IMG/VR virus record: IMGVR_UViG_3300034279_000149 | DNA: 64,000 nucleotides | Reading direction: 5' to 3' (one strand) | DNA from: an uncultured virus (IMG/VR IMGVR_UViG_3300034279_000149) | Lineage: Duplodnaviria; Heunggongvirae; Uroviricota; Caudoviricetes | Shown: positions 18,495 through 27,508 of the stretch, piece after piece | Position numbering within the stretch: position 1 is the first letter of the stretch | Layout of the letters: each line of letters begins with the position of its first letter | Translations under genes and position numbers: made by a program | Notes under the pieces: generated by a model | Databases searched by the model: none | Told to the model about the DNA's origin: nothing | What the model saw: the letters and a program-made list of their open reading frames with translations, nothing else

Positions 18495-18730
18495 ATTTGT
18501 ACCTATTGTTCTTTATTTGTTCTTTTATAGAGGTATATAGAATAAGGTTTGTACCTTTGTTCGGAATGTTCCTGCCTTTTTAGGGTGCTTGACTTTCAAA
18601 AGGAGTGCAAGAAGGACAGAGAGTTTTCTGTTTTTGTTTTGCCTGACTGTCAAAAATTGGGGTTCAAAGCGAACATTACGAACATTACTTATAAATCAAT
18701 GACTTAACTCCGAACAATACCAAGAACATT
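18495..18730. other. Putative replication origin (inverted GAACA iterons plus IHF-like site)
   Basis: TGTTC at 18507, 18518, 18558, 18567; GAACA at 18671, 18680, 18712, 18724; AATCAATGACTTA at 18694-18706; AT-rich and non-coding. Confidence 0.5.
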
Positions 18731-18800
18731 ACCCCATAAAAAAACTACAATAGCAGGGTAAACACCTAGAAACTTTACGCTTGACAAAGCCAAAATAAAC

Positions 18801-18824
18801 TGATAACCTGACATCAGGTTATCA
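18801..18824. repeat. Perfect 11-bp inverted repeat TGATAACCTGA-CA-TCAGGTTATCA
   Basis: Seen directly; overlaps the -10 of a possible rightward promoter (TTGACA at 18781). Confidence 0.8.
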
Positions 18825-18841
18825 CCCAACAAAAAACAAAA

Positions 18842-18968
18842 TTACCCTGTGTGGCTCACTACTCCAAGTCACTGGCATCATTGTTAGTAACATTACTAAC
18901 ACGGTTCTGATCCAACGCTGAACAACTTACCCTATGCGACCCACTACTCCAAGTCACTGGCATCATTG
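18842..18968. repeat. Direct repeat, 85-bp period, 27-bp identical core
   Basis: CACTACTCCAAGTCACTGGCATCATTG at 18857-18883 and 18942-18968. Confidence 0.9.
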
Positions 18969-19000
18969 AGTCAAACTTTTGTTAGTAAAGATACTACTGA

Positions 19001-19035
19001 GAGCCGAGCCGAGCCGAGCCGAGCCGAGCCGAACC
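19001..19035. repeat. (GAGCC)6 microsatellite
   Basis: Six exact units followed by GAACC. Confidence 0.95.
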
Positions 19036-19048
19036 AAATTCAAGACGC

Positions 19049-19097
19049 AAAAAAACCCGCCGAAGCGGGTTGAGATGTTAAGGGGCTTTCGCCCCTT
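19049..19097 (-). terminator. Tandem hairpins / intrinsic terminator
   Basis: On the minus strand AAGGGGC-GAAA-GCCCCTT, then AACCCGC-TTCG-GCGGGTT plus a T run. Confidence 0.85.
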
Positions 19098-19100
19098 GGG

Positions 19101-19664
19101 TTAAATTGCGTTATGAGCCAATTTGGTCAGCATTGTTTTATGTTTCACAATGTCAAAACTAGCGGTTTCCAATTTGCTCAGGCGATCAAGGGCTGAGTTC
19201 AATTCCTTGAAATACATTTGCTCGGATGTAGCCTTTTCAGTAGCGCCGCGCTCTGCTGATTCCTCGCGCTTGGCAAGGGCGCGACGATAGTAGGCGAATT
19301 CTGAGCCGATCTGCATACCCAATGCGCGCTTAGTAGCCTTTTCGAAATCCGATAAAACCTTGGATTCCTTGGCAAGTAACGCCTGAGCATCAAGATCAAA
19401 ACCCAAAACAATCGCGCCCTTGATCTGATTGTGCAATTCAGTATTGCTCTTATTGCTCAGATCGAGATCATACGATTTCAAACCTTGGGCCTGCATTAGA
19501 TCAACGGTCTTGCTCTTGGTCTTGGCAGTATCAAGGGATTTTTTAGTTCCCTTGGTAATCAGATCAACGATTTCAGAGCCGATTACTTTACCCTTAACTA
19601 GGGCTTGAGTAACGATAGCCATTGGGTTATTGAGGGCTGATGTTGCGTTTTTTACTTGTGACAT
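19101..19664 (-). CDS. First early gene, hypothetical (own promoter and terminator)
   Basis: Start MSQVKN at 19664 after AAGGA; basic and helical. Confidence 0.7.
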   Translation of the reverse strand: MSQVKNATSALNNPMAIVTQALVKGKVIGSEIVDLITKGTKKSLDTAKTKSKTVDLMQAQGLKSYDLDLSNKSNTELHNQIKGAIVLGFDLDAQALLAKESKVLSDFEKATKRALGMQIGSEFAYYRRALAKREESAERGATEKATSEQMYFKELNSALDRLSKLETASFDIVKHKTMLTKLAHNAI

Positions 19665-19731
19665 GATGTTTCCTTTTATCAATATGGTTGGCGGGTGATT
19701 CATCGAATCGCTTTTCCCTAACCATGTAATT

Positions 19732-19760
19732 ATTATCTCGCATAACCTATAAGATGTCAA
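19732..19760 (-). promoter_or_regulatory. Sigma70 promoter TTGACA-N17-GATAAT
   Basis: Near consensus; palindrome copy 12 bp upstream of the -35. Confidence 0.8.
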
Positions 19761-20159
19761 TGTTTAATAGATGTTAGTAACATTACTAACAAAACGCTAG
19801 ACCCTGAAAAGCGAATCCCACCCCCCACTTTTTATAAAATAGGGTTGGTTTGACTACAGGTATGCTATTCCAAACGCTCAATGCCCATAATTCCTGTTTC
19901 GCACTAAGATGTGTGCGATTTTCTGTTTTGTTGTAGGTACTTTTTTATGTTTCGCCACAGAAACACCCCCCGTCACTTGTTTAAGTACCCCCCACCAAAA
20001 AATTTTTTATATGTAAAAATCACGTTGTGGGGTAAGGTAATTTTATAAACACCATCGTTTCGGCTTCGCATACCGTGCTTTACTCCACACCACTTGTGCT
20101 TTAAAAATACTGCGTTATACTGCACGCATTAACATCTTTTAGTCTGGACATTAGGCAAG

Positions 20160-20795
20160 ATGCAATTACACGTTGAACCTGATCTATCTATCCCGTTTCC
20201 TGACGACAACCCCGTCTTGGCAAACTTTATAGAGAAGGCACAAGCTGCCTGTAATACGGCAGAATTACTCGAATTGGACATGGAGCCAACCGAGCAGGAC
20301 CTCTCTACTGCTGAAAAAGCCGTGTATGCCGTAGCTGAAAACGAAGAAAAAGCCAATAAAAAGCTGGTCAAACAAGACCAAAAACCTGCTGTATATAAGA
20401 GCGTCAAGTCTATTTTGGATGAGTACAGCCTGCGGGTTGTAGACAATGCCATGCAGATTCGCTTGCTTGTGACCAATAAACTGATCTTAGATTCAGACTC
20501 GCCAGACGACAGAACACGGCTGCGCGCCCTGGAAATGCTGGGTAAGATCACCGATGTGGGCCTGTTTACAGAGAAGTCCGAGGTAACAATCACCCACAGA
20601 TCCACCGAGGATCTTGTGTCCTCAATCAGGTCTAAGCTCCACAGACTCATGCACCCAGACGATGTGACTGATGTAAAAGCGGTCGAAGTCAACGGGGAGT
20701 CTATCGACGTAGATGCTGAGCTGGGGCTAGATGCTAAAGAAGACGACGGTATTAACGATGCAGACTTTGAGATAAAAGAAGAACCCAAGGAATGA
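20160..20795 (+). CDS. terS: Putative terminase small subunit
   Basis: Directly upstream of and ATGA-coupled to terL; RLRALEMLGK...VGLF motif. Confidence 0.65.
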   Translation: MQLHVEPDLSIPFPDDNPVLANFIEKAQAACNTAELLELDMEPTEQDLSTAEKAVYAVAENEEKANKKLVKQDQKPAVYKSVKSILDEYSLRVVDNAMQIRLLVTNKLILDSDSPDDRTRLRALEMLGKITDVGLFTEKSEVTITHRSTEDLVSSIRSKLHRLMHPDDVTDVKAVEVNGESIDVDAELGLDAKEDDGINDADFEIKEEPKE

Positions 20796-22339
20796 GTGAA
20801 GTCCTGAGTCCTTTAGAGTCCCTGACAGATACCGAGCTGGAGTTTCTGGCGAACAATCTGGACAAGTTCTCTGAAGAAGAGGCCCTAGAGCTGGACATGG
20901 TGACAGATGAGTTGGACAAGCGGGCGTGGGCTAAGGCGTGTCGGAATGACTTGATAGCGTTCTGTCAAAAAATGCAGCCAGACTATAAGGTTGGCAAGCA
21001 TCACCGCACTTTGGCAGACCTGCTCATGGCTATTGCAGAAGGTAAGGAAGACCGAGTTTGCGTCAATATCCCTCCACGGCACGGTAAATCACAGCTCGTA
21101 TCTATTTACTTCCCTGCCTGGTTTTTAGGCAAACACCCTGATAAGAAGGTCCTGATGGTGTCTCACACCACTGATCTAGCGGTAGACTTTGGACGGAAAG
21201 TGAGGAACTTAATTGACACACCTAGCTATAAACGGATATTCCCAACCGTCTCTTTGGCGGCGGATAACAAGTCTGCTGGTCGATGGAACACTAACGTTGG
21301 CGGTGAGTACTATGCTTGCGGTGTTGGCTCTGCCCTTGCTGGTCGTGGTGCTGACTTACTACTCGTTGATGACCCTCATAATGAGCAAGACATTATTAAT
21401 GGCAACTTTGATGTATTTGAGAAAGCGTATGAGTGGTTTACTTATGGCGCTCGTACTCGTCTTATGCCTGGTGGTAGGGTCGCAATTATTCAAACTCGTT
21501 GGCACCAAGATGATCTAACGGGTCGTGTTATCAGGGATATGATCCAGAATGACGAAGCGGATCAGTACGAACGGGTAGAATTCCCTGCGATTTTTAATGA
21601 TGGCACCCCAGAAGAACGGGCGCTATGGCCTGAACAGTATTCCCTCGAAGCACTGCGTAGAACCAAGGCATCTATGCCTGTTTTCCAGTGGAACGCTCAG
21701 TATCAGCAGAATCCGACGGCTGAAGAAGCCTCTGTAGTCAAGCGCGAATGGTGGAAATGGTGGAAACAAGAGACACCACCGTCCTGTGAATACGTGATTA
21801 TGAGCCTCGACGCTGCTGCAGAGACCCATAACAGGGCTGACTTCACTGCATTAACGACATGGGGCGTGTTTTTTGACGAAGAAACGGAAGCACATGCGAT
21901 TATTTTGCTCAATTCCATCAAAAAACGGGTCGAATTTCCAGAATTAAAGACATTAGCGTGGACAGAATGGGAAGAATGGGAGCCAGATGCGTTTATTGTG
22001 GAGAAAAAGTCTGCAGGAACGGCTCTTTATCAAGAATTACGGCGTACAGGGATGCCTGTACAAGAATATACGCCACATAGGGGTAGCGGAGACAAGCTCG
22101 CACGTTTAAACTCTGTAGCAGACATCATCAGATCAGGTTTGGTGTGGGTTCCAGAGACAAGGTGGGCTGAAGAAGTCGTTGAAGAGATTGCGGGATTCCC
22201 GTTTATGAGTCATGATGACTTGGTAGACTCGACGGTTATGGCGCTGATGCGGTTCAGACAGGGTGGATTCATTCGATTACCGAACGATGAACCTGAAGAA
22301 ATTGGATTATTTAGATCTAAAAAAAGATCTTATTACTAA
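20792..22339 (+). CDS. terL: Terminase large subunit
   Basis: PPRHGKS Walker A, LLVDDP Walker B, QTRWH, RNase H-like LDAA...HDDLVD. Confidence 0.95.
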   Translation: MSEVLSPLESLTDTELEFLANNLDKFSEEEALELDMVTDELDKRAWAKACRNDLIAFCQKMQPDYKVGKHHRTLADLLMAIAEGKEDRVCVNIPPRHGKSQLVSIYFPAWFLGKHPDKKVLMVSHTTDLAVDFGRKVRNLIDTPSYKRIFPTVSLAADNKSAGRWNTNVGGEYYACGVGSALAGRGADLLLVDDPHNEQDIINGNFDVFEKAYEWFTYGARTRLMPGGRVAIIQTRWHQDDLTGRVIRDMIQNDEADQYERVEFPAIFNDGTPEERALWPEQYSLEALRRTKASMPVFQWNAQYQQNPTAEEASVVKREWWKWWKQETPPSCEYVIMSLDAAAETHNRADFTALTTWGVFFDEETEAHAIILLNSIKKRVEFPELKTLAWTEWEEWEPDAFIVEKKSAGTALYQELRRTGMPVQEYTPHRGSGDKLARLNSVADIIRSGLVWVPETRWAEEVVEEIAGFPFMSHDDLVDSTVMALMRFRQGGFIRLPNDEPEEIGLFRSKKRSYY

Positions 22340-22348
22340 GGAAGAATT

Positions 22349-24832
22349 ATGGCAATAGATAAGGCACTCTACCAAGCTCCCATGGGCATTGACGCTGCAG
22401 CAGATATGGAAGAACCCATTGAGATCGAGATTGAAGACCCAGAGTCAGTAACGATTGGTATAGGTGGGCTTGAAGTTGTGCTTGAGCCAGGTGAAGAAGG
22501 CGATGAAAATGAGTTTAACGATAACCTCGCTGAATACATTACCGACGGTGAACTGACTGAGTTAGCTGGTGATTTGATTGGCGACTTTGATTCTGACATT
22601 GGTTCCCGTAAAGATTGGATACAGACATACGTTGATGGCTTAGAACTCCTAGGCCTCAAGATTGAAGAACGTACAGAGCCATGGGAAGGTGCTTGTGGTG
22701 TCTATCACCCACTCCTCTCTGAAGCCCTTGTTAAGTTCCAAGCAGAGACAATGATGTCAATTTTCCCTGCAGCAGGGCCAGTAAAAACACTGATTATCGG
22801 AAAAGAAACACCTGAGAAGAAAGCGGCGTCTGAGCGTGTTCGTGATGACATGAACTATCAGTTGGTTGACGGTATGCCTGAGTACCGCCCTGAAACCGAG
22901 CGCATGCTCTGGGGCTTGGGCCTCGCAGGTAACGCGTTTAAGAAGGTGTACTACGATCCAGCCCTGCAGCGCCAAGTAGCTCTCTATGTGCCAGCAGAAG
23001 ATGTGGTTGTTCCATACGGCGCTAGTGATTTACAGTCCAGCCCACGGGTCACGCACGTCATGCGTAAGACCGAGAACGAGCTGCGCAAGCTGCAAGTAAA
23101 CGGGTTCTACCGCGATATTGACTTAGGAGAACCAAACTCCTCGTTAGACGAGGTAGAGAAGAAGATTGCAGAAAAGTTAGGCTTCCGTGCAACAACGGAT
23201 GACCGATATAAGATTTTAGAAATGCACGTTGACCTTGATCTTCCAGGTTTTGAAGACAAGGATGAAGATGGCGAGCCAACAGGTATTGCTCTGCCATACG
23301 TGGTAACTATTGAGAAGGGGACACAAAATGTTCTTTCGATTAGACGCAATTGGCAACCTGATGACGAGACTCGTCAGAAGCGTCAGCACTTTGTTCACTA
23401 CGGATATATACCTGGCTTTGGTTTCTATTGTTTTGGTCTCATCCATCTTATTGGGGCTTATGCTAAATCTGGTACTTCCCTTATCCGCCAGCTGGTTGAC
23501 GCAGGAACGTTATCCAATTTGCCAGGTGGATTTAAGACTCGCGGTTTACGACTCAAAGGTGATGACACACCGATAGCCCCAGGTGAGTGGCGTGACGTGG
23601 ACGTGCCTAGTGGTGCGATGCGTGACAACATCATGCCGTTGCCATATAAGGAGCCAAGCCAAGTATTAGCTGGCTTGATGGACAAGATCATTGAAGAAGG
23701 TCGCAGATTTGCTAACACTGCAGATTTGAACCTGTCTGATATGTCTGCTAACGCTCCTGTTGGCACAACGCTGGCGATTCTTGAGCGTACGCTCAAAGTC
23801 ATGTCTGCTGTTCAGGCACGTATCCACTACAGCTTGAAGCAAGAGTTAAAGCTCTTAAAAGTAATTATTGCTGACTACACACCAGATGAGTACACCTATG
23901 AGCCAGTTGAGGGATCACGTCTCGCTAAGAAGAGTGACTATGACAATGTGGATGTCATACCTGTATCGGACCCAAATGCGTCAACGATGGCGCAAAAGAT
24001 TGTCCAGTATCAAGCGGTGCTTCAACTTGCGCAAGGCGCACCACAGCTCTACAACTTACCCCTTCTCCACCGCCAGATGCTCGATGTTCTGGGGATTAAG
24101 AATGCGAACAAGCTCATTCCGATGGAAGAAGATCAGAAGCCGACGGATCCAGTATCAGAGAACCAGAACGTTCTGATGATGAAGCCTGTCAAGGCGTTTG
24201 CGTATCAAGACCACCAAGCACATATCACCGTGCACATGTCAGCGATGCAGGACCCCAAGATCATGGCTCTGTTGGCAAATAACCCAATGGCTCAGGCGCT
24301 CCAGTCAGCAATGATGGCGCACATCAACGAGCACTTAGGCTTCCAGTACCGTGTTGAGATTGAGAAGCAGTTAGGCGTTGCCCTGCCACCTAAGTCAGAT
24401 GAGAACGGTGAAGACATCAATATGGACCCAGCAGTAGAAGCGAAGTTGGCTCCGATGTTGGCTCAAGCAGCTACACAGTTACTCCAGATGAACCAGCAGC
24501 AAGCCGCCCAGCAGCAAGCACAACAGCAAGCCCAAGACCCACTCTTGCAACTCCAGCAGCAAGAAGTTCAGATCAAGCAGGCAGATCAGCAGCGTAAAGC
24601 CGCTAAGGACATGGCTGATGTTGAGATCGAGAAGCAGAGATTGGCTATTGCAGAGCAGAAGGTTCAGATTGATAAGAGCAAAGCAGTTGCAACTATTCAG
24701 CACGATGCAGAGAAACAGAAGTATGACGCTCTTAAGTCCGCAGCGACTATGAAGAATGAGAAAGAGAAAATGATGTTGCAAGCAGGTGTCGACGCTCTGA
24801 AAGAGCACTATAAACCCAAAAAAGGAGAGTAA
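22349..24832 (+). CDS. Portal protein (P22-like, Q-rich C-terminal barrel)
   Basis: Follows terL; 827 aa; FKKVYYD; Q-rich coiled coil. Confidence 0.85.
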   Translation: MAIDKALYQAPMGIDAAADMEEPIEIEIEDPESVTIGIGGLEVVLEPGEEGDENEFNDNLAEYITDGELTELAGDLIGDFDSDIGSRKDWIQTYVDGLELLGLKIEERTEPWEGACGVYHPLLSEALVKFQAETMMSIFPAAGPVKTLIIGKETPEKKAASERVRDDMNYQLVDGMPEYRPETERMLWGLGLAGNAFKKVYYDPALQRQVALYVPAEDVVVPYGASDLQSSPRVTHVMRKTENELRKLQVNGFYRDIDLGEPNSSLDEVEKKIAEKLGFRATTDDRYKILEMHVDLDLPGFEDKDEDGEPTGIALPYVVTIEKGTQNVLSIRRNWQPDDETRQKRQHFVHYGYIPGFGFYCFGLIHLIGAYAKSGTSLIRQLVDAGTLSNLPGGFKTRGLRLKGDDTPIAPGEWRDVDVPSGAMRDNIMPLPYKEPSQVLAGLMDKIIEEGRRFANTADLNLSDMSANAPVGTTLAILERTLKVMSAVQARIHYSLKQELKLLKVIIADYTPDEYTYEPVEGSRLAKKSDYDNVDVIPVSDPNASTMAQKIVQYQAVLQLAQGAPQLYNLPLLHRQMLDVLGIKNANKLIPMEEDQKPTDPVSENQNVLMMKPVKAFAYQDHQAHITVHMSAMQDPKIMALLANNPMAQALQSAMMAHINEHLGFQYRVEIEKQLGVALPPKSDENGEDINMDPAVEAKLAPMLAQAATQLLQMNQQQAAQQQAQQQAQDPLLQLQQQEVQIKQADQQRKAAKDMADVEIEKQRLAIAEQKVQIDKSKAVATIQHDAEKQKYDALKSAATMKNEKEKMMLQAGVDALKEHYKPKKGE

Positions 24833-25024
24833 TTGGACTATTTAGAATATTTATTGAAGGAGTACGTCGACAGAATGGACTTCCTCAAGGGCGGACTAGC
24901 CCAAGGCAATATTCCAACAATAGAGGAATACAGATACGTATGTGGTCAGATTCGAGGTCTCGAGGCTGCGTGCGGAACAATTCAAGACCTCAAAACCAGA
25001 ATGGAGAACTCGGACAATGAGTGA
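24833..25024 (+). CDS. Small hypothetical head-module protein
   Basis: YRYVCGQIRGL motif; AGGAG RBS; TTG start. Confidence 0.65.
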   Translation: MDYLEYLLKEYVDRMDFLKGGLAQGNIPTIEEYRYVCGQIRGLEAACGTIQDLKTRMENSDNE

Positions 25025-25424
25025 ACTTAACCTTAGCCAAGCAGTGGACTTATCTGCAGTGCTAAACAAAGAAGCAGAAGAAAGAGCCTCACAGTTACCT
25101 AAGCCGCAGGGCTACCGTATTCTGTGCGCAATCCCAGAAGCAGAAGAAGCGTTTGACAGTGGGATTCTAAAGTCTGATGAAACACGCCGCCACGACGAAT
25201 TGTTGACTACTGTGCTGTTTGTAGTCGCTTTAGGTCCTGACTGCTACTCAGATAAAGAGCGTTTCCCTAACGGAGCATGGTGTAAAAAGGGCGATTTTGT
25301 CCTAGTTAGACCCAATGCAGGTACCCGTTTGGTTATTCACGACCGTGAATTCCGAATTATTAATGATGACTCTGTGGAAGCTGTAGTAGAAGATCCACGT
25401 GGTATCAAACGCAAATTTGTTTAA
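25017..25424 (+). CDS. groES: Co-chaperonin GroES-like
   Basis: PQGYRIL...SGIL...VVALGP...KKGDFVL...AGT...RIINDDSVEAVV. Confidence 0.85.
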   Translation: MSELNLSQAVDLSAVLNKEAEERASQLPKPQGYRILCAIPEAEEAFDSGILKSDETRRHDELLTTVLFVVALGPDCYSDKERFPNGAWCKKGDFVLVRPNAGTRLVIHDREFRIINDDSVEAVVEDPRGIKRKFV

Positions 25425-25435
25425 GGAGGCTGGAC

Positions 25436-26419
25436 ATGGCTGAAATTGAAAAAGAAGAATTTAAGTTCCCTGACGAAGCAGAAGATAAGGGTAAACCCGT
25501 AGATACAGAGCAGGAACTCGAGATTGAGATTGAAGACGATACCCCCGAGGAAGACCGAGGCAGAACACCGCCAGATCCTGAGAAAGTCAAGCAACTTGAG
25601 GTAGATGTTGACGATTTAGACAAATACAGCAAAGAAGCTAAGGACAAACTCATCCGCATGAAACGTGTGTGGAATGATGAGCGCCGTGCTAAAGAAGCTG
25701 CCGACAGAGAGCGTACAGCTGCAGTAGACGCTGCCCAGCGTTTGATGGAAGAAAACCGTCGAATCAAGCAAATGCTTGAAAGTGGTCAAGAAGAATACAA
25801 AGCAGCAATGACTTCTACCACCGAGATGCGTCTTGAAAAAGCCAAGCGTGACTACAAAGAAGCATACGATTCTGGCGACTCAGACAAGGTTATCGAAGCG
25901 CAGCAAGCTCTGACAGAAGCTCAGATGCAGTTAGAAAGAGCAAAGAATTTTAAGTTACCCCCTTTACAAGATGAAAAGTTTGATGTACAAACGAGTCAAC
26001 AGTATCAAAACGCACAACCGCAAGCTACGGACGAGAAGTTAGCGGAATGGCAAGGTCGCAATACCTGGTTTGGACAAGACGAGGAAATGACCGCAGCAGC
26101 TCTGGGACTCCATGAGAAGCTGAAACGCCAAGGAATGCGAATTGGATCTGAAGAGTATTACGCAACGTTGGACAACACAATGCGGAAAAGGTTTCCTGAG
26201 AATTTTGATGATGACCAGGAGCCGCCAGATGTAGAAGAAGTTAAGGCACCGCCAAAAGGGGACAGTCCCAAAGCGAAACCTGCCACGGTCGTAGCCCCAG
26301 CAACTCGGTCGACAGCACCGAAACGGGTCAGGTTAAGTCAGTCGCAAGTTGCGATTGCCAAAAAACTTGGCTTGTCGCCAGAGCAATACGTTCGTGAACT
26401 TTTAAAAATGGAGGCCTAA
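25436..26419 (+). CDS. Putative capsid scaffolding protein
   Basis: Acidic N-terminus, long coiled coil, C-terminal AKKLGLSPEQY; upstream of the capsid genes. Confidence 0.7.
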   Translation: MAEIEKEEFKFPDEAEDKGKPVDTEQELEIEIEDDTPEEDRGRTPPDPEKVKQLEVDVDDLDKYSKEAKDKLIRMKRVWNDERRAKEAADRERTAAVDAAQRLMEENRRIKQMLESGQEEYKAAMTSTTEMRLEKAKRDYKEAYDSGDSDKVIEAQQALTEAQMQLERAKNFKLPPLQDEKFDVQTSQQYQNAQPQATDEKLAEWQGRNTWFGQDEEMTAAALGLHEKLKRQGMRIGSEEYYATLDNTMRKRFPENFDDDQEPPDVEEVKAPPKGDSPKAKPATVVAPATRSTAPKRVRLSQSQVAIAKKLGLSPEQYVRELLKMEA

Positions 26420-26420
26420 A

Positions 26421-26870
26421 ATGGCTCAAAATAGACTTAGTCGTGAAGCAGATAACCGTGAATTTGACGAGCGTCCTAAACAGTGGATGCCAGCCGAACT
26501 TCTCCCTGAGCCTGACAAACAGGCTGGTTTTGCTTATCGTTGGATTCGTGTCTCAAACTTAAATGCTGCAGATCCCCGCAACCTTTCAGCAAAACTGAGA
26601 GAAGGTTGGGAGCCAGTAACGCTTGAGGAACAACCAAAATTCAGACTGTTAGCCGATCCAACTAGTCGATACAAAGACAACATTGAAATTGGCGGTTTGT
26701 TACTCTGCAAGACTCCAATGGAGTTCGTCCAGCAACGTAATGCATATTACACACGCCAGAGCGATCTTCAAACAGAAGCTGTAGATAACACTCTTATGCG
26801 TCAAAGCGACCCACGGATGCCCCTCTTTAATGAGCGTAAATCTGCGACTAGCTTTGGCAAAGGTAATTAA
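26421..26870 (+). CDS. Head-module hypothetical protein
   Basis: YRWIR...EGWEPV...GGLLLCK. Confidence 0.7.
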   Translation: MAQNRLSREADNREFDERPKQWMPAELLPEPDKQAGFAYRWIRVSNLNAADPRNLSAKLREGWEPVTLEEQPKFRLLADPTSRYKDNIEIGGLLLCKTPMEFVQQRNAYYTRQSDLQTEAVDNTLMRQSDPRMPLFNERKSATSFGKGN

Positions 26871-26892
26871 ATTTTAATTTAGGAGTATTTAA

Positions 26893-27498
26893 ATGGCTTA
26901 TCCAACCGTTTCCGCTCCCTACGGCTTTAAGGCTATTAACCGTGTAGATGGCATGCCATATGCTGGTGCAATTCGTCAAATTCCGATTGCATCAGGATAT
27001 ACAACTGCTATTTTCAACGGCGACCCAGTCATTATTGCTACGGGTGGCACAATTGAAAGAGCTGCTGCTTCTGGCGCTGTTACCTCTGGTTCTCCAGTTG
27101 GTGTCCTCGTTGGTTGCGCATACACTAACTCGTCTGGTCAGCCAGTACAGGCACAATACTTCCCAGGAAGTGGCGTGACTAATGCTGTTGCCTACGTAGT
27201 TGATGATCCTTTGGCATTGTTTAAAGTAGCTGTAGCTTTTGCTAACGCAACTGTTACTACTGTTACTCAAGCTGCTGTTGGTACAAACATGTCCTACAAT
27301 CTTGGTACTGGTTCGACAGCTACTGGTGATTCTGGCGCGTTTGTAACTGCTGCATCTGGTGCTAACACATCAACCCTACCATTCCGAGTAATCGCTGTTG
27401 TTCCTGAGACTGCTACATCTGCAACGACCTTCACTGAAGTTCTCGTTAAGATTAACAATCACGAGTACAACACCGCCCTCGGCAATAACTTAAGTTAA
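26893..27498 (+). CDS. Putative capsid decoration/minor capsid protein
   Basis: A/G/T-rich, immediately upstream of the MCP, strong RBS. Confidence 0.6.
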   Translation: MAYPTVSAPYGFKAINRVDGMPYAGAIRQIPIASGYTTAIFNGDPVIIATGGTIERAAASGAVTSGSPVGVLVGCAYTNSSGQPVQAQYFPGSGVTNAVAYVVDDPLALFKVAVAFANATVTTVTQAAVGTNMSYNLGTGSTATGDSGAFVTAASGANTSTLPFRVIAVVPETATSATTFTEVLVKINNHEYNTALGNNLS

Positions 27499-27508
27499 GG
27501 AGCTATAA

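Larger units (their letters stand above)
10400..19790. promoter_or_regulatory. Dispersed 18-bp palindromic operator-like motif GTTAGTAA-N2-TTACTAAC (about 10 copies)
   Basis: Perfect copies start at 10400, 15209, 17310, 18361, 18883 and 19773; variants at 12994, 14131, 16374 and 18981. Confidence 0.85.

Noticed and set aside
18842..18968. CRISPR mini-array
   Set aside because: Only two repeats, no resemblance to repeat families I recognise, the intervening sequence contains the operator-like palindrome, and there is no cas operon
10400..19790. 18-bp palindrome as a LexA box, dif or parS site
   Set aside because: Does not match CTGT-N8-ACAG, the XerC/D dif consensus or TGTTTCACGTGAAACA
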